From assembly GCA_002269645.1 (NCBI GenBank), contig NIVC01000633.1:1-64000 (forward strand): DNA of 64,000 nt, given 5' to 3'. The DNA is from Macrostomum lignano. Its lineage: Eukaryota. Below the pieces are notes generated by a model that worked only from the letters and a program-made list of their open reading frames with translations, did no database searches and had not been told where the DNA came from. Made by a program: the position numbers and the translations under genes. Every line of letters starts with the position of its first letter. Position 1 is the stretch's first letter. Below, one piece after another: positions 23,423-36,700 of this stretch.

Positions 23423-25113
23423 GATTTCAGTGCCGCTGCAGCTTCCCCCATCCCCAATCTCAGTGAGATTTCAGTGCCGCTGCAGCTTCCCCCATCCCCA
23501 ATCTCAGTGAGATTTCAGTGCCGCTGCAGCTTCCCCCATCCCCAATCTCAGTGAGATTTCAGTGCCGCTGCAGCTTCCCCCATCCCCAATCTCAGTGAGA
23601 TTTCAGTGCCGCTGCAGCTTCCCCCATCCCCAATCTCAGTGAGATTTTAGTGCCGCTGCAGCTTCCCCCATCCCCAATCTCAGTGAGATTTCAGTGCCGC
23701 TGCAGCCCCCCCCCCCAATCTCAGTGAGATTTCAGTGCCGCTGCAGCCCCCCCCCATCTCAGTGAGATTTCAGTGCCGCTGCAGCCCCAATCTCAGTGAG
23801 ATTTCAGTGCCGCTGCAGCCCCCCGCCCCCAATCTCAGTAAGATTTCAGTGCTGCTGCAGCCCCAATCTCAGTGAGATTTCAGTGCCGCTGCAGCCCCAA
23901 TCTCAGTGAGATTTCAGTGCCGCTGCAGCCCCCCGCCCCCAATCTCAGTGAGATTTCAGTGCCGCTGCAGCCCCCCCCAATCTCAGTGAGATTTCAGTGC
24001 CGCTGCAGCTCCCCCCCCAATCTCAGTGAGATTTCAGTGCCGCTGCAGCCCCCCCCCCAATCTCAGTGAGATTTCAGTGCCGCTGCAGCTTCCCCCATCC
24101 CCAATCTCAGTGAGATTTCAGTGCCGCTGCAGCTTTCCCCATCCCCAATCTCAGTGAGATTTCAGTGCCGCTGCAGCCCCAATCTCAGTGAGATTTCAGT
24201 GCCGCTGCAGCCCCCCCCCCAATCTCATTGAGATTTCAGTGCCGCTGCAGCCCCCCATCCCCAATCTCAGTGAGATTTCAGTGCCGCTGCAGCCCCCCCC
24301 CAATCTCAGTGAGATTTCAGTGCCGCTGCAGCTCCCCCCCCCAATCTCAGTGAGATTTCAGTGCCGCTGCAGCCCCCCCCCAATCTCAGTGAGATTTCAG
24401 TGCCGCTGCAGCTTCCCCCATCCCCAATCTCAGTGAGATTTCAGTCCCGCTGCAGCCCCAATCTCAGTGAGATTTCAGTGCCGCTGCAGCCCCAATCTCA
24501 GTGAGATTTCAGTGCCGCTGCAGCCTCAATCTCAGTGAGATTTCAGTGCCGCTGCAGCCCCAATCTCAGTGAGATTTTAGTGCCGCTGCAGCCCCCCCCC
24601 CAATCTCAGTGAGATTTCAGTGCCGCTGCAGCTTCCCCCATCCCCAATCTCAGTGAGATTTCAGTCCCGCTGCAGCCCCAATCTCAGTGAGATTTCAGTG
24701 CCGCTGCAGCCCCAATCTCAGTGAGATTTCAGTGCCGCTGCAGCCCCAATCTCAGTGAGATTTCAGTGCCGCTGCAGCCCCAATCTCAGTGAGATTTCAG
24801 TACCGCTGCAGCCCCAATCTCAGTGAGATTTCAGTACCGCTGCAGCCCCAATCTCAGTGAGATTTTAGTGCCGCTGCAGCCCCAATCTCAGTGAGATTTC
24901 AGTACCGCTGCAGCCCCAATCTCAGTGAGTTTTCAGTCCCGCTGCAGACCCCCGCCCCCAATCTCAGTGAGATTTCAGTGCCGCTGCAGCGCTAATCTCA
25001 GTGAGATTTCAGTGCCGCTGCAGCCCCAATCTCAGTGAGATTTCAGTGCCGCTGCAGCCCCAATCTCAGTAAGATTTCAGTGTCGCTGCAGCCCCACTGT
25101 CAGTGAGATTTTA
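23423..25113 (+). repeat. Intronic minisatellite, ~33-41-bp unit ccaatctcagtgagatttcagtgccgctgcagc(C)n, ~45 copies
   Basis: Visible tandem units with a constant core and a variable C-rich linker. Each contains the palindrome AATCTCA-G-TGAGATT. Confidence 0.97.
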
Positions 25114-26727
25114 GTAGTTTAAAGGTAAAATTTCACAGACCAGGCACTAATTTGCGATAATTTGGACGCCGAAGCAGTTACTAGATGACAGAGTTAATTG
25201 GCCAGAGAGTTTTGGGCGCACCTGGCAGGACAAACTCGGCACAGATTTTATCCGGTTGCAGTTAATTTAATCGCGCACCAAATTATTTTTATTTTGGCTG
25301 TTGTAAATTTTGATAACCGAAGCTGCAGGGCCGGCACCAGCTTTGGTGTCTGCACTGGCGCCTGCTGCATGGAAATTCAAGGCATGAGAATTCTCACGGG
25401 CCTGAACTATTTGCCCAATGTAGGCTACACTCTGCTGGCTGCTAGTTGCTCTTTTACTCGCCATTGTTAATTAACAGGCTTGAATTTGTTGCTTTTTGTG
25501 TGCCGTAACTGCGGCAGCACTTAGGCGTTTTATTTGCCTCTGGCGCCTGCTGCTGCCGCTGGCTGCGCCCGAGTCTGCAGACTGAGTCTCCCCCTGTCCT
25601 CTCAATCTGCCATCCCCCGATCTCCCCCTCTCTGCCGTACCGCCATGGCGTCTGTTAACAGACTTACTGGTTATTGTGCCCGCAGCAGTCACGCGGTGCC
25701 CCTGTTTGAGAGCCCCTGTTTGACAGATGATCCACCGTTGTACATAGCAGCGCATCTGTCTTTTAGTTCCTCATATTTCAACAAGCAATAAAATACTTCC
25801 ACTCTAGCGACTGTGCTGAAAAATTGAAATTGTACCAATAGTAATTGTGGATAAATATTTTCATGTTTTTCTTTCTTTCGGGAATCTTTCGGAACCCTAA
25901 ACGAAGGGCCATCAAAGCGAAGCCTCTTGCTTGAAAACTAGCCAGAGTATCCCAGCGCCCCTGCCAATGCTGGCTCGCATATTTTCACCTGGCCCCGCGT
26001 GTGTGCAGCTGCTGACGCCAGCCTGCCGCTGCAAAGGCTTTGCTAAGGGGAGCCATCGGAGGCGGGCAAAAAAAAGCTGCGGGCAACGGGGATAGCGGAT
26101 GGAGGCCGGGAATGCGGCCTGCCCTCCACCGTTGGCGTGCCATTCGGAGTAAACAGCGAATCGCTCCGCCGTCCTTCGCTGCTTGGCCGGGACATTCAAC
26201 CCTTTCCATTGCGCACCCCCCCCCCCTGGTTTCCCTGCGCGCTGAACGCGCAGGGGTGGCCGCGTTTGCGAAGCCCGCGGGAGCTGCCAGCCTTAGATGG
26301 AAATTCGAATTTCGAATGCGCCCAGCCTCGGTCCTTCCCTTCCCCCGTCTATAAACTGTGCATAGATTGCTAAAACCTACGCATCTGGAATGGAAACTGC
26401 AAATTATAGCATTGTTTTTGTGTTTCAAGTCCAATGCCCAAACATGAAGGCCCGATTATCAAGATTTACTATTTTATAAGTTCAAATGTTGTTTGTGCGC
26501 AGCCTAAGTAAATTGCAGCCTGCGCCTGCGCGTATCCTCACCATCATCAATTTTCCACTCCGGATGCTTATAAGAATTCTATAGAACTCCTTGCGCTGGG
26601 AGTCTGGAATACCTGGCTGTACAGCTGCCCCCTGCCCCACCGCCCCCTGCCTGCAGTTGGCAGCCAGTCGCGATCGCAGAGCTTTCACTTCGGAAGGCCC
26701 CTGCCGTCCCCACCAGGCCTGCGGGTT

Positions 26728-26798
<71 letters not shown>
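26728..26798 (+). repeat. (GA)n microsatellite just upstream of a candidate alternative first exon
   Basis: ~35 GA units with one GC interruption. Confidence 0.97.
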
Positions 26799-26802
<4 letters not shown>

Positions 26803-26940
26803 AAAACGGCAAGAAAGAAAGTAAAAATAGCGGCGCCGCAATCTTCGCCATCGGATTGCTGCTGACTTGAGGGCTGCACATCAGAGTCTGCTATTCGCGC
26901 TAAACCAGATCGCTTATTGCACTGCCAGACCAGATTAGCC

Positions 26941-26943
26941 ATG
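26941..26943 (+). CDS. Candidate alternative start exon contributing only the ATG
   Basis: ttagccATG|gtaagg: ATG immediately followed by a strong donor, phase 0, compatible with exon 27115. Confidence 0.5.
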
Positions 26944-27114
26944 GTAAGGCCAAGCATCTTGTGCAAGCTACTCAAGAGCCGCACTTCAGATTGTGTCTGT
27001 TCTCACGGTGCTTCATCAACCCCCCCCCCCAGCCTGTTTTCCAAGCCAGTTGTCTCCCTGTCTATTTGATTAACTGGCAGCAGTGTTTGATTCAGACCCG
27101 CATTCCGTTCGCAG

Positions 27115-27187
27115 GAGACGGCAGCCACCGATTCGAAGCAGCCGGAGCAGCGGCTCGAGTCCGAGGATACTCAACAGCAGGTTGCAG
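27115..27187 (+). CDS. Candidate exon (ETAATDSKQPEQRLESEDTQQQVA)
   Basis: cgttcgcag acceptor, gca g|gtgagt donor (phase 1), which joins in frame to 28682. Confidence 0.6.
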
Positions 27188-27731
27188 GTGAGTTTGCCGA
27201 CGCGCTTCTGGTTCAGCGACTGCGGATCTGCGGCTCAGCTGACTCAGCCTTGGGCCATCCATTATTTAGTAACATGCTTGCCTTCATTCTCTGCGATTTG
27301 GACTCTGCCGGAGTTTCACCATCTCCCCCGTCTGGCGTACTGCGCAGCCTGCCCTGAATCAGCTTCATCCTCTCACTGCCTCACTGGGATTCGCAGCCTC
27401 CTCCCTTGCGCCTCATCGGTTTGCAGCGGCCCATTCCCAGAATCACGCAGCCCAGCAGCCGCCCATCTCACTGCCACTAGAATTTTGTGCCCATTGATGT
27501 GCCCAATTCAGCTGTCCGAAGTTCTACTGGCTGCGCTGTTTTCCTTTGTAGTGTGGGGGGGGTAATTTGCCTGCACTTTTAACCTGCCCTGCCGCCTGCT
27601 GGCTGCCCGCTGCATGTCTGCTGGCGTGCCGGCCATTTGTGAATGCACTGCCGCGTGCCGAGTTTTGCTGCACGATCTGCGGTCATCTTGAATTCCATTT
27701 CTGCGCAGCTGCTTGTGGCTTAGACTGGGGC

Positions 27732-27734
27732 GAC

Positions 27735-27803
<69 letters not shown>

Positions 27804-27822
27804 CTAAGACAGACAGACACTA

Positions 27823-27899
<77 letters not shown>

Positions 27900-27902
27900 C
27901 TC

Positions 27903-27987
<85 letters not shown>

Positions 27988-27990
27988 CTA

Positions 27991-28079
<89 letters not shown>

Positions 28080-28082
28080 CTA

Positions 28083-28115
<33 letters not shown>

Positions 28116-28116
28116 C

Positions 28117-28147
<31 letters not shown>

Positions 28148-28172
28148 CTAAGACAGACAGACAGACAGACAC

Positions 28173-28215
<43 letters not shown>

Positions 28216-28240
28216 CTAAGACAGACAGACAGACAGACAC

Positions 28241-28305
<65 letters not shown>

Positions 28306-28312
28306 AAGACAC

Positions 28313-28357
<45 letters not shown>

Positions 28358-28425
28358 AAGACACACAGACAGACAGGCAGACAGACACTAAGACACTAAG
28401 ACAATAGGAGAGACAGACAGACAGA
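27732..28425 (+). repeat. (ACAG)n tetranucleotide array with cactaag interruptions
   Basis: Directly visible. Confidence 0.98.
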
Positions 28426-28681
28426 GGCATAGATCGACATGCATAAACGGAAGCATAGCTTACAGACGCAAGCCTGGTGACGAAAATATCAAATTTATTT
28501 TGTTTCATTTCTCTCCTGCCCGTGCGCTGCCGGCCGCATGAGCTTGTCAGCTAAAGTCGGTCACTCACTGCTACTCACCCAGGCGCTGATTTGCGTCACA
28601 AATACCTGCTCAATTTTTGGAGTGCCACAATTTATTTATTATTAATTTTTCCCTGTCTCAGTGCATGCGCATGCGTTGCAG

Positions 28682-28899
28682 TGCTGTGGCCACCCACCCC
28701 ACCCTCCGCTCCCCCGCTCGCCCGCTCGAACCGAACAGCCGCTGAAGAAGAGTCTGGAGGCGAAGACCAGCCGCCGTTGGAATCCGTCGGAGCCGAGGAG
28801 AGCGCAGAGGAGGCCGTTGCCATAGCAACCGAGTCTGCCAACGGCGACGAATTTGGCAGCCGCATGAGCAGCGGCAACGGCAGCGTGGGTCAGGGACAG
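28682..28899 (+). CDS. Candidate acidic exon (VLWPPTPPSAPP...EEESGGEDQ...SVGQGQ)
   Basis: gcgttgcag acceptor (phase 1), cag|gtgagg donor (phase 0), matching the LIM exon at 30587. Confidence 0.6.
28816..28829. promoter_or_regulatory. Canonical X-box (RFX/DAF-19-type) motif GTTGCCATAGCAAC
   Basis: Exact 14-bp match to the RFX palindromic consensus, but it lies inside a predicted exon, so function is unproven. Confidence 0.3.
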
Positions 28900-29730
28900 G
28901 TGAGGCTGGGCTTTAATTACGGTGTGTTGCCATGCTATGCCAAATGTTTCAATTCCTTTCCTACTCTTGGAAGAGCTCTGCTTCTAGCAGCAGATGGCAG
29001 CAGCAGCGGCAGTCAGCCAGCAATCCATTCGGCGGAGGGCCGGCGTCCAGCTTATTCAGGCACAACAGCACAGCCTCCTGCTCCAGAGGCAGCTATGTAA
29101 TTACCTGCCAATCAATGATGTGCTGCTTTGTACTTTCCTAGAAAGTGCGGCTTGCCGGGACACGCAGTTGGCACCGCGCCAGCCCAGTCTGCCTGCTCCG
29201 CAATGCACCGATTTCTTTTGATTCTTCTTTAGCGTCTGCATGCTGGCATACAGACTCTACTGGCTTGAGTTGCACTCAGAGGCATTGCTGTTTAATCAAC
29301 TGCAATTATTTGGCATGCTCTCCAATGTCGCCTGTTGCACACCTGACAGCCTTTCTGCACCATCGTCTGTGCGCAAACAGAAGATCTGCTTTTATGCTCT
29401 TGAAGGATGAAGAAGACATTTCCAATCCTCCTCCCTTAGATTGAGACAATGGGCTTCTGGTCCGAGAATCTTGTGCCGGACACGGAGCCCGACTGTCTGT
29501 GCGGCACACTTGTGCGGGTTCGGTCTCAGCTGACTGTTGCTTGTTTTTAGTATTGCTGTTGCCTGTGATCATCTTCACGATTAGTAGTTCATCACCTGAG
29601 CAATCACGTGATTTCTGGGCACACACGTACCTGATATTGTACCGATTCACCTATGATGTCAACCTTCTTGGTCACATTGAATTAATTTGTAAATTTAAAC
29701 AAATGCTGCTTGTGCCATGATATTGGTCGC

Positions 29731-30415
29731 TTCGTGTCAGAAGATCTCTGTCGACTTGTGTCAGAGCCTCTTCGATTTGTGTCAGAGCCTCGTTGTTTTG
29801 TGTAAGATCTTTGTCAATTTTATGTCTGAGTTTCGTCGGTGTATGTCAGAGCTTTGCCGATTTGTGTCAGATCTTTGCCGATTTGTGTCAGGTCTTTGCC
29901 GATTTGGGTCAAATCGGTACCAATTTGTGTCAGATATTTTCCAGTTTGTGTAGATCTTTGCCGATTTGTGTCAGATATTTGTCAATTTTATGTCAGAGCT
30001 TCGTCGGTGTATGTCAGATCTTTGCCGATTTGTGTCAGATCTTTGCCGATTTGTGTCAGGTCTTTGCCGATTTGTGTCGAAGCTTTGCCGATTTGTGTCA
30101 GTTCTTTGCCGATTTGTGTGAGATCTGTGCTGATTTGTGTCAGATATTTTCCAGTTTGTGTCAGATCTTTGCCGATTTGTGTCAGTTCTTTGCCGATTTG
30201 TGTCAGTTCTCTGCTGATTTGTGTCAGATATTTTCCAGTTTGTGTCAGATCTTTGCCGATTTGTGTCAGATATTTTCCAGTTTGTGTGAGATCTGTGCGG
30301 ATATGTGTCCAATATTTGCCAGTTTGTATCAGAAATTCGTCGGTGTGTGTCAGATCTTTGCCGATTTGTGTCAGATCTTCGTCAGCTTGTGTAGGGCTTC
30401 GTCGATTTGTGTCAG
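29731..30415 (+). repeat. Intronic 21-bp minisatellite (gatttgtgtcagatctttgcc)
   Basis: ~32 diverged tandem units, ending ~170 bp before the LIM exon acceptor. Confidence 0.95.
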
Positions 30416-30586
30416 TGCCTTTCAGAAGTTGTTACCACTTTTACTTTGCACTCGTTGAGTCTTAGTTTTTGTTCTTAAATTTGCCTCCAACTTCACTAAA
30501 GCCTATAGTCTTCCTGGGCACCCTAATGTATTGAATCTGCAACCTGCAAAGCAATTTCTGAAACAAATCTGCTTTTTCATTCGCAG

Positions 30587-30711
30587 GGCGGAGGCGCCGA
30601 CTCCTGCAAAATGTGCCACGGGCGGGTTTACCCAATGGAGCGGCTAACCTCCGATGGCCAGGTGTACCACAAGTCCTGCTACCGCTGCTACAAGTGCAAG
30701 CGGCAGCTCAG
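30587..30711 (+). CDS. LIM domain exon 1 (GGGADSCKMCHGRVYPMERLTSDGQVYHKSCYRCYKCKRQL)
   Basis: ttcgcag acceptor, ctc ag|gtatgg donor (phase 2). C-x2-C-x17-H-x2-C-x2-C-x2-C LIM ligands. The VYPMERL motif is typical of LIMA1/XIRP2/MICAL-type LIMs. Confidence 0.93.
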
Positions 30712-30765
30712 GTATGGCGTTTGGCTGTGCATTTTTCTGGGGGGTTTCTGTTGCTAAGCTGCTAA

Positions 30766-33700
30766 ATAGTGAATGCTAAAGACTCAAGATAGTGAATGCT
30801 GAAGACTCAAGATAGTGAATGCTAAAGACTCAAGATAGTGAATGGTGAAGACTCAAGATAGTGAATGGTGAATACTCAAGATAGTGAATGGTGAATACTC
30901 AAGATAGTGAATGGTGAAGACTCAAGATAGTGAATGGTGAATACTCAAGATAGTGAATGGTGAATACTCAAGATAGTGAATGCTGAAGACTCAAGATAGT
31001 GAATGGTGAAGACTCAAGATAGTGAATGGTGAATACTCAAGATAGTGAATGCTGAAGACTCAAGATAGTGAATGGTGAAGACTCAAGATAGTGAATGGTG
31101 AAGACTCAAGATAGTGAATGGTGAATACTCAAGATAGTGAATGCTGAAGACTCAAGATAGTGAATGCTAAAGACTCAAGATAGTGAATGCTAAAGACTCA
31201 AGATAGTGAATGGTGAAGACTCAATATAGTGAATGGTAAAGATTCAAGATAGTGAATGGTGAAGACTCAAGATAGTGAATGGTGAAGACTCAAGATAGTG
31301 AATGGTGAAGACTCAAGATAGTGAATGGTGAATACTCAAGATAGTGAATGCTGAAGACTCAAGATAGTGAATGCTGAAGACTCAAGATAGTGAATGCTGA
31401 AGACTCAAGATAGTGAATGCTGAAGACTCAAGATAGTGAATGGTGAAGACTCAAGATAGTGAATGGTGAATACTCAAGATAGTGAATGCTGAAGACTCAA
31501 GATAGTGAATGCTGAAGACTCAAGATAGTGAATGGTGAAGACTCAAGATAGTGAATGGTGAATACTCAAGATAGTGAATGGTGAAGACTCAAGATAGTGA
31601 ATGCTAAAGACTCAAGATAGTGAATGCTGAAGACTCAAGATAGTGAATGGTGAAGACTCAAGATAGTGAATGCTGAAGACTCAAGATAGTGAATGGTGAA
31701 TACTCAAGATAGTGAATGGTGAATACTCAAGATAGTGAATGCTGAAGACTCAAGATAGTGAATGGTGAATACTCAAGATAGTGAATGCTGAAGACTCAAG
31801 ATAGTGAATGCTGAAGACTCAAGATAGTGAATGCTGAAGACTCAAGATAGTGAATGCTGAAGACTCAAGATAGTGAATGGTGAAGACTCAAGATAGTGAA
31901 TGCTGAAGACTCAAGATAGTGAATGGTGAAGACTCAAGATAGTGAATGCTGAAGACTCAAGATAGTGAATGGTGAAGACTCAAGATAGTGAATGCTGAAG
32001 ACTCAAGATAGTGAATGCTGAAGACTCAAGATAGTGAATGCTGAAGACTCAAGATAGTGAATGCTGAAGACTCAAGATAGTGAATGCTGAAGACTCAAGA
32101 TAGTGAATGGTGAAGACTCAAGATAGTGAATGGTGAATACTCAAGATAGTGAATGGTGAAGACTCAAGGTAGTGAATGCTGAAGACTCAAGATAGTGAAT
32201 GCTAAAGACTCAAGATAGTGAATGCTGAAGACTCAAGATAGTGAATGGTGAAGACTCAAGATAGTGAATGGTGAAGACTCAAGATAGTGAATGGTGAAGA
32301 CTCAAGATAGTGAATGGTGAAGACTCAAGATAGTGAATGGTGAAGACTCAAGATAGTGAATGGTGAAGACTCAAGATAGTGAATGGTGAAGACTCAAGAT
32401 AGTGAATGGTGAAGACTCAAGATAGTGAATGCTGAAGACTCAAGATAGTGAATGGTGAAGACTCAAGATAGTGAATGGTGAATACTCAAGATAGTGAATG
32501 CTGAAGACTCAAGATAGTGAATGCTGAAGACTCAAGATAGTGAATGCTGAAGACTCAAGATAGTGAATGGTGAAGACTCAAGATAGTGAATGCTGAAGAC
32601 TCAAGATAGTGAATGGTGAATACTCAAGATAGTGAATGCTGAAGACTCAAGATAGTGAATGCTGAAGACTCAAGATAGTGAATGGTGAAGACTCAAGATA
32701 GTGAATGGTGAAGACTCAAGATAGTGAATGCTGAAGACTCAAGATAGTGAATGGTGAATACTCAAGATAGTGAATGCTGAAGACTCAAGATAGTGAATGC
32801 TGAAGACTCAAGATAGTGAATGCTGAAGACTCAAGATAGTGAATGCTGAATACTCAAGATAGTGAATGGTGAAGACTCAAGATAGTGAATGGTGAATACT
32901 CAAGATAGTGAATGCTGAAGACTCAAGATAGTGAATGGTGAAGACTCAAGATAGTGAATGCTGAAGACTCAAGATAGTGAATGCTGAAGACTCAAGATAG
33001 TGAATGCTGAAGACTCAAGATAGTGAATGGTGAAGACTCAAGATAGTGAATGGTGAATACTCAAGATAGTGAATGCTGAAGACTCAAGATAGTGAATGCT
33101 GAAGACTCAAGATAGTGAATGCTGAAGACTCAAGATAGTGAATGGTAAAGACTCAAGATAGTGAATGCTGAAGACTCAAGATAGTGAATTGTGAAGACTC
33201 AAGATAGTGAATGCTGAAGACTCAAGATAGTGAATGCTGAAGACTCAAGATAGTGAATGCTGAAGACTCAAGATAGTGAATGGTGAAGACTCAAGATAGT
33301 GAATGCTGAAGACTCAAGATAGTGAATGGTGAAGACTCAAGATAGTGAATGCTGAAGACTCAAGATAGTGAATGCTGAAGACTCAAGATAGTGAATGGTG
33401 AAGACTCAAGATAGTGAATGGTGAAGACTCAAGATAGTGAATGGTGAAGACTCAAGATAGTGAATGCTGAAGACTCAAGATAGTGAATGGTGAAGACTCA
33501 AGATAGTGAATGGTGAAGACTCAAGATAGTGAATGCTGAAGACTCAAGATAGTGAATGCTGAAGACTCAAGATAGTGAATGGTGAAGACTCAAGATAGTG
33601 AATGCTGAAGACTCAAGATAGTGAATGGTGAAGACTCAAGATAGTGAATGGTGAAGACTCAAGATAGTGAATGCTGAAGACTCAAGATAGTGAATGCTGA

Positions 33701-36700
33701 AGACTCAAGATAGTGAATGCTGAAGACTCAAGATAGTGAATGGTGAAGACTCAAGATAGTGAATGCTGAAGACTCAAGATAGTGAATGGTGAAGACTCAA
33801 GATAGTGAATGCTGAAGACTCAAGATAGTGAATGCTGAAGACTCAAGATAGTGAATGGTGAAGACTCAAGATAGTGAATGGTGAAGACTCAAGATAGTGA
33901 ATGCTGAAGACTCAAGATAGTGAATGGTGAAGACTCAAGATAGTGAATGCTGAAGACTCAAGATAGTGAATGCTGAAGACTCAAGATAGTGAATGCTGAA
34001 GACTCAAGATAGTGAATGGTGAAGACTCAAGATAGTGAATGGTGAAGACTCAAGATAGTGAATGGTGAAGACTCAAGATAGTGAATGCTGAAGACTCAAG
34101 ATAGTGAATGCTGAAGACTCAAGATAGTGAATGGTGAAGACTCAAGATAGTGAATGCTGAAGACTCAAGATAGTGAATGCTGAAGACTCAAGATAGTGAA
34201 TGCTGAAGACTCAAGATAGTGAATGGTGAAGACTCAAGATAGTGAATGGTGAAGACTCAAGATAGTGAATGCTGAAGACTCAAGATAGTGAATGGTGAAG
34301 ACTCAAGATAGTGAATGGTGAAGACTCAAGATAGTGAATGCTGAAGACTCAAGATAGTGAATGCTGAAGACTCAAGATAGTGAATGCTGAAGACTCAAGA
34401 TAGTGAATGCTGAAGACTCAAGATAGTGAATGGTGAAGACTCAAGATAGTGAATGCTGAAGACTCAAGATAGTGAATGGTGAAGACTCAAGATAGTGAAT
34501 GCTGAAGACTCAAGATAGTGAATGGTGAAGACTCAAGATAGTGAATGCTGAAGACTCAAGATAGTGAATGCTGAAGACTCAAGATAGTGAATGCTGAAGA
34601 CTCAAGATAGTGAATGGTGAAGACTCAAGATAGTGAATGGTGAAGACTCAAGATAGTGAATGCTGAAGACTCAAGATAGTGAATGCTGAAGACTCAAGAT
34701 AGTGAATGCTGAAGACTCAAGATAGTGAATGGAAGACTCAAGATAGTGAATGCTGAAGACTCAAGATAGTGAATGTGAAGACTCAAGATAGTGAATGCTG
34801 AAGACTCAAGATAGTGAATGCTGAAGACTCAAGATAGTGAATGCTGAAGACTCAAGATAGTGAATGGTGAAGACTCAAGATAGTGAATGCTGAAGACTCA
34901 AGATAGTGAATGGTGAAGACTCAAGATAGTGAATGCTGAAGACTCAAGATAGTGAATGCTGAAGACTCAAGATAGTGAATGCTGAAGACTCAAGATAGTG
35001 AATGCTGAAGACTCAAGATAGTGAATGCTGAAGACTCAAGATAGTGAATGCTGAAGACTCAAGATAGTGAATGGTGAAGACTCAAGATAGTGAATGCTGA
35101 AGACTCAAGATAGTGAATGGTGAAGACTCAAGATAGTGAATGCTGAAGACTCAAGATAGTGAATGGTGAAGACTCAAGATAGTGAATGCTGAAGACTCAA
35201 GATAGTGAATGCTGAAGACTCAAGATAGTGAATGCTGAAGACTCAAGATAGTGAATGGTGAAGACTCAAGATAGTGAATGCTGAAGACTCAAGATAGTGA
35301 ATGCTGAAGACTCAAGATAGTGAATGCTGAAGACTCAAGATAGTGAATGCTGAAGACTCAAGATAGTGAATGGTGAAGACTCAAGATAGTGAATGCTGAA
35401 GACTCAAGATAGTGAATGCTGAAGACTCAAGATAGTGAATGCTGAAGACTCAAGATAGTGAATGCTGAAGACTCAAGATAGTGAATGCTGAAGACTCAAG
35501 ATAGTGAATGGTGAAGACTCAAGATAGTGAATGCTGAAGACTCAAGATAGTGAATGCTGAAGACTCAAGATAGTGAATGCTGAAGACTCAAGATAGTGAA
35601 TGCTGAAGACTCAAGATAGTGAATGCTGAAGACTCAAGATAGTGAATGGTGAAGACTCAAGATAGTGAATGGTGAAGACTCAAGATAGTGAATGCTGAAG
35701 ACTCAAGATAGTGAATGCTGAAGACTCAAGATAGTGAATGCTGAAGACTCAAGATAGTGAATGCTGAAGACTCAAGATAGTGAATGCTGAAGACTCAAGA
35801 TAGTGAATGGTGAAGACTCAAGATAGTGAATGGTGAAGACTCAAGATAGTGAATGCTGAAGACTCAAGATAGTGAATGGTGAAGACTCAAGATAGTGAAT
35901 GCTGAAGACTCAAGATAGTGAATGCTGAAGACTCAAGATAGTGAATGCTGAAGACTCAAGATAGTGAATGCTGAAGACTCAAGATAGTGAATGCTGAAGA
36001 CTCAAGATAGTGAATGCTGAAGACTCAAGATAGTGAATGCTGAAGACTCAAGATAGTGAATGCTGAAGACTCAAGATAGTGAATGCTGAAGACTCAAGAT
36101 AGTGAATGGTGAAGACTCAAGATAGTGAATGCTGAAGACTCAAGATAGTGAATGCTGAAGACTCAAGATAGTGAATGCTGAAGACTCAAGATAGTGAATG
36201 CTGAAGACTCAAGATAGTGAATGCTGAAGACTCAAGATAGTGAATGCTGAAGACTCAAGATAGTGAATGCTGAAGACTCAAGATAGTGAATGGTGAAGAC
36301 TCAAGATAGTGAATGCTGAAGACTCAAGATAGTGAATGCTGAAGACTCAAGATAGTGAATGGTGAAGACTCAAGATAGTGAATGCTGAAGACTCAAGATA
36401 GTGAATGCTGAAGACTCAAGATAGTGAATGCTGAAGACTCAAGATAGTGAATGGTGAAGACTCAAGATAGTGAATGCTGAAGACTCAAGATAGTGAATGC
36501 TGAAGACTCAAGATAGTGAATGGTGAAGACTCAAGATAGTGAATGGTGAAGACTCAAGATAGTGAATGCTGAAGACTCAAGATAGTGAATGCTGAAGACT
36601 CAAGATAGTGAATGCTGAAGACTCAAGATAGTGAATGCTGAAGACTCAAGATAGTGAATGGTGAAGACTCAAGATAGTGAATGCTGAAGACTCAAGATAG

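Noticed and set aside
23423-25113. CRISPR-like palindromic repeat with variable spacers
   Set aside because: The variable parts are short C homopolymer linkers, not unique 25-40-bp spacers.
25645-25791. accgccATGG strong-Kozak short ORF
   Set aside because: There is no convincing donor or protein similarity. It could be another first exon but is unsupported.
27508-30465. SVCL-repeat and ADLCQ-repeat ORFs
   Set aside because: They derive from the (ACAG)n and 21-bp arrays and have no coding codon bias or supported splice context.
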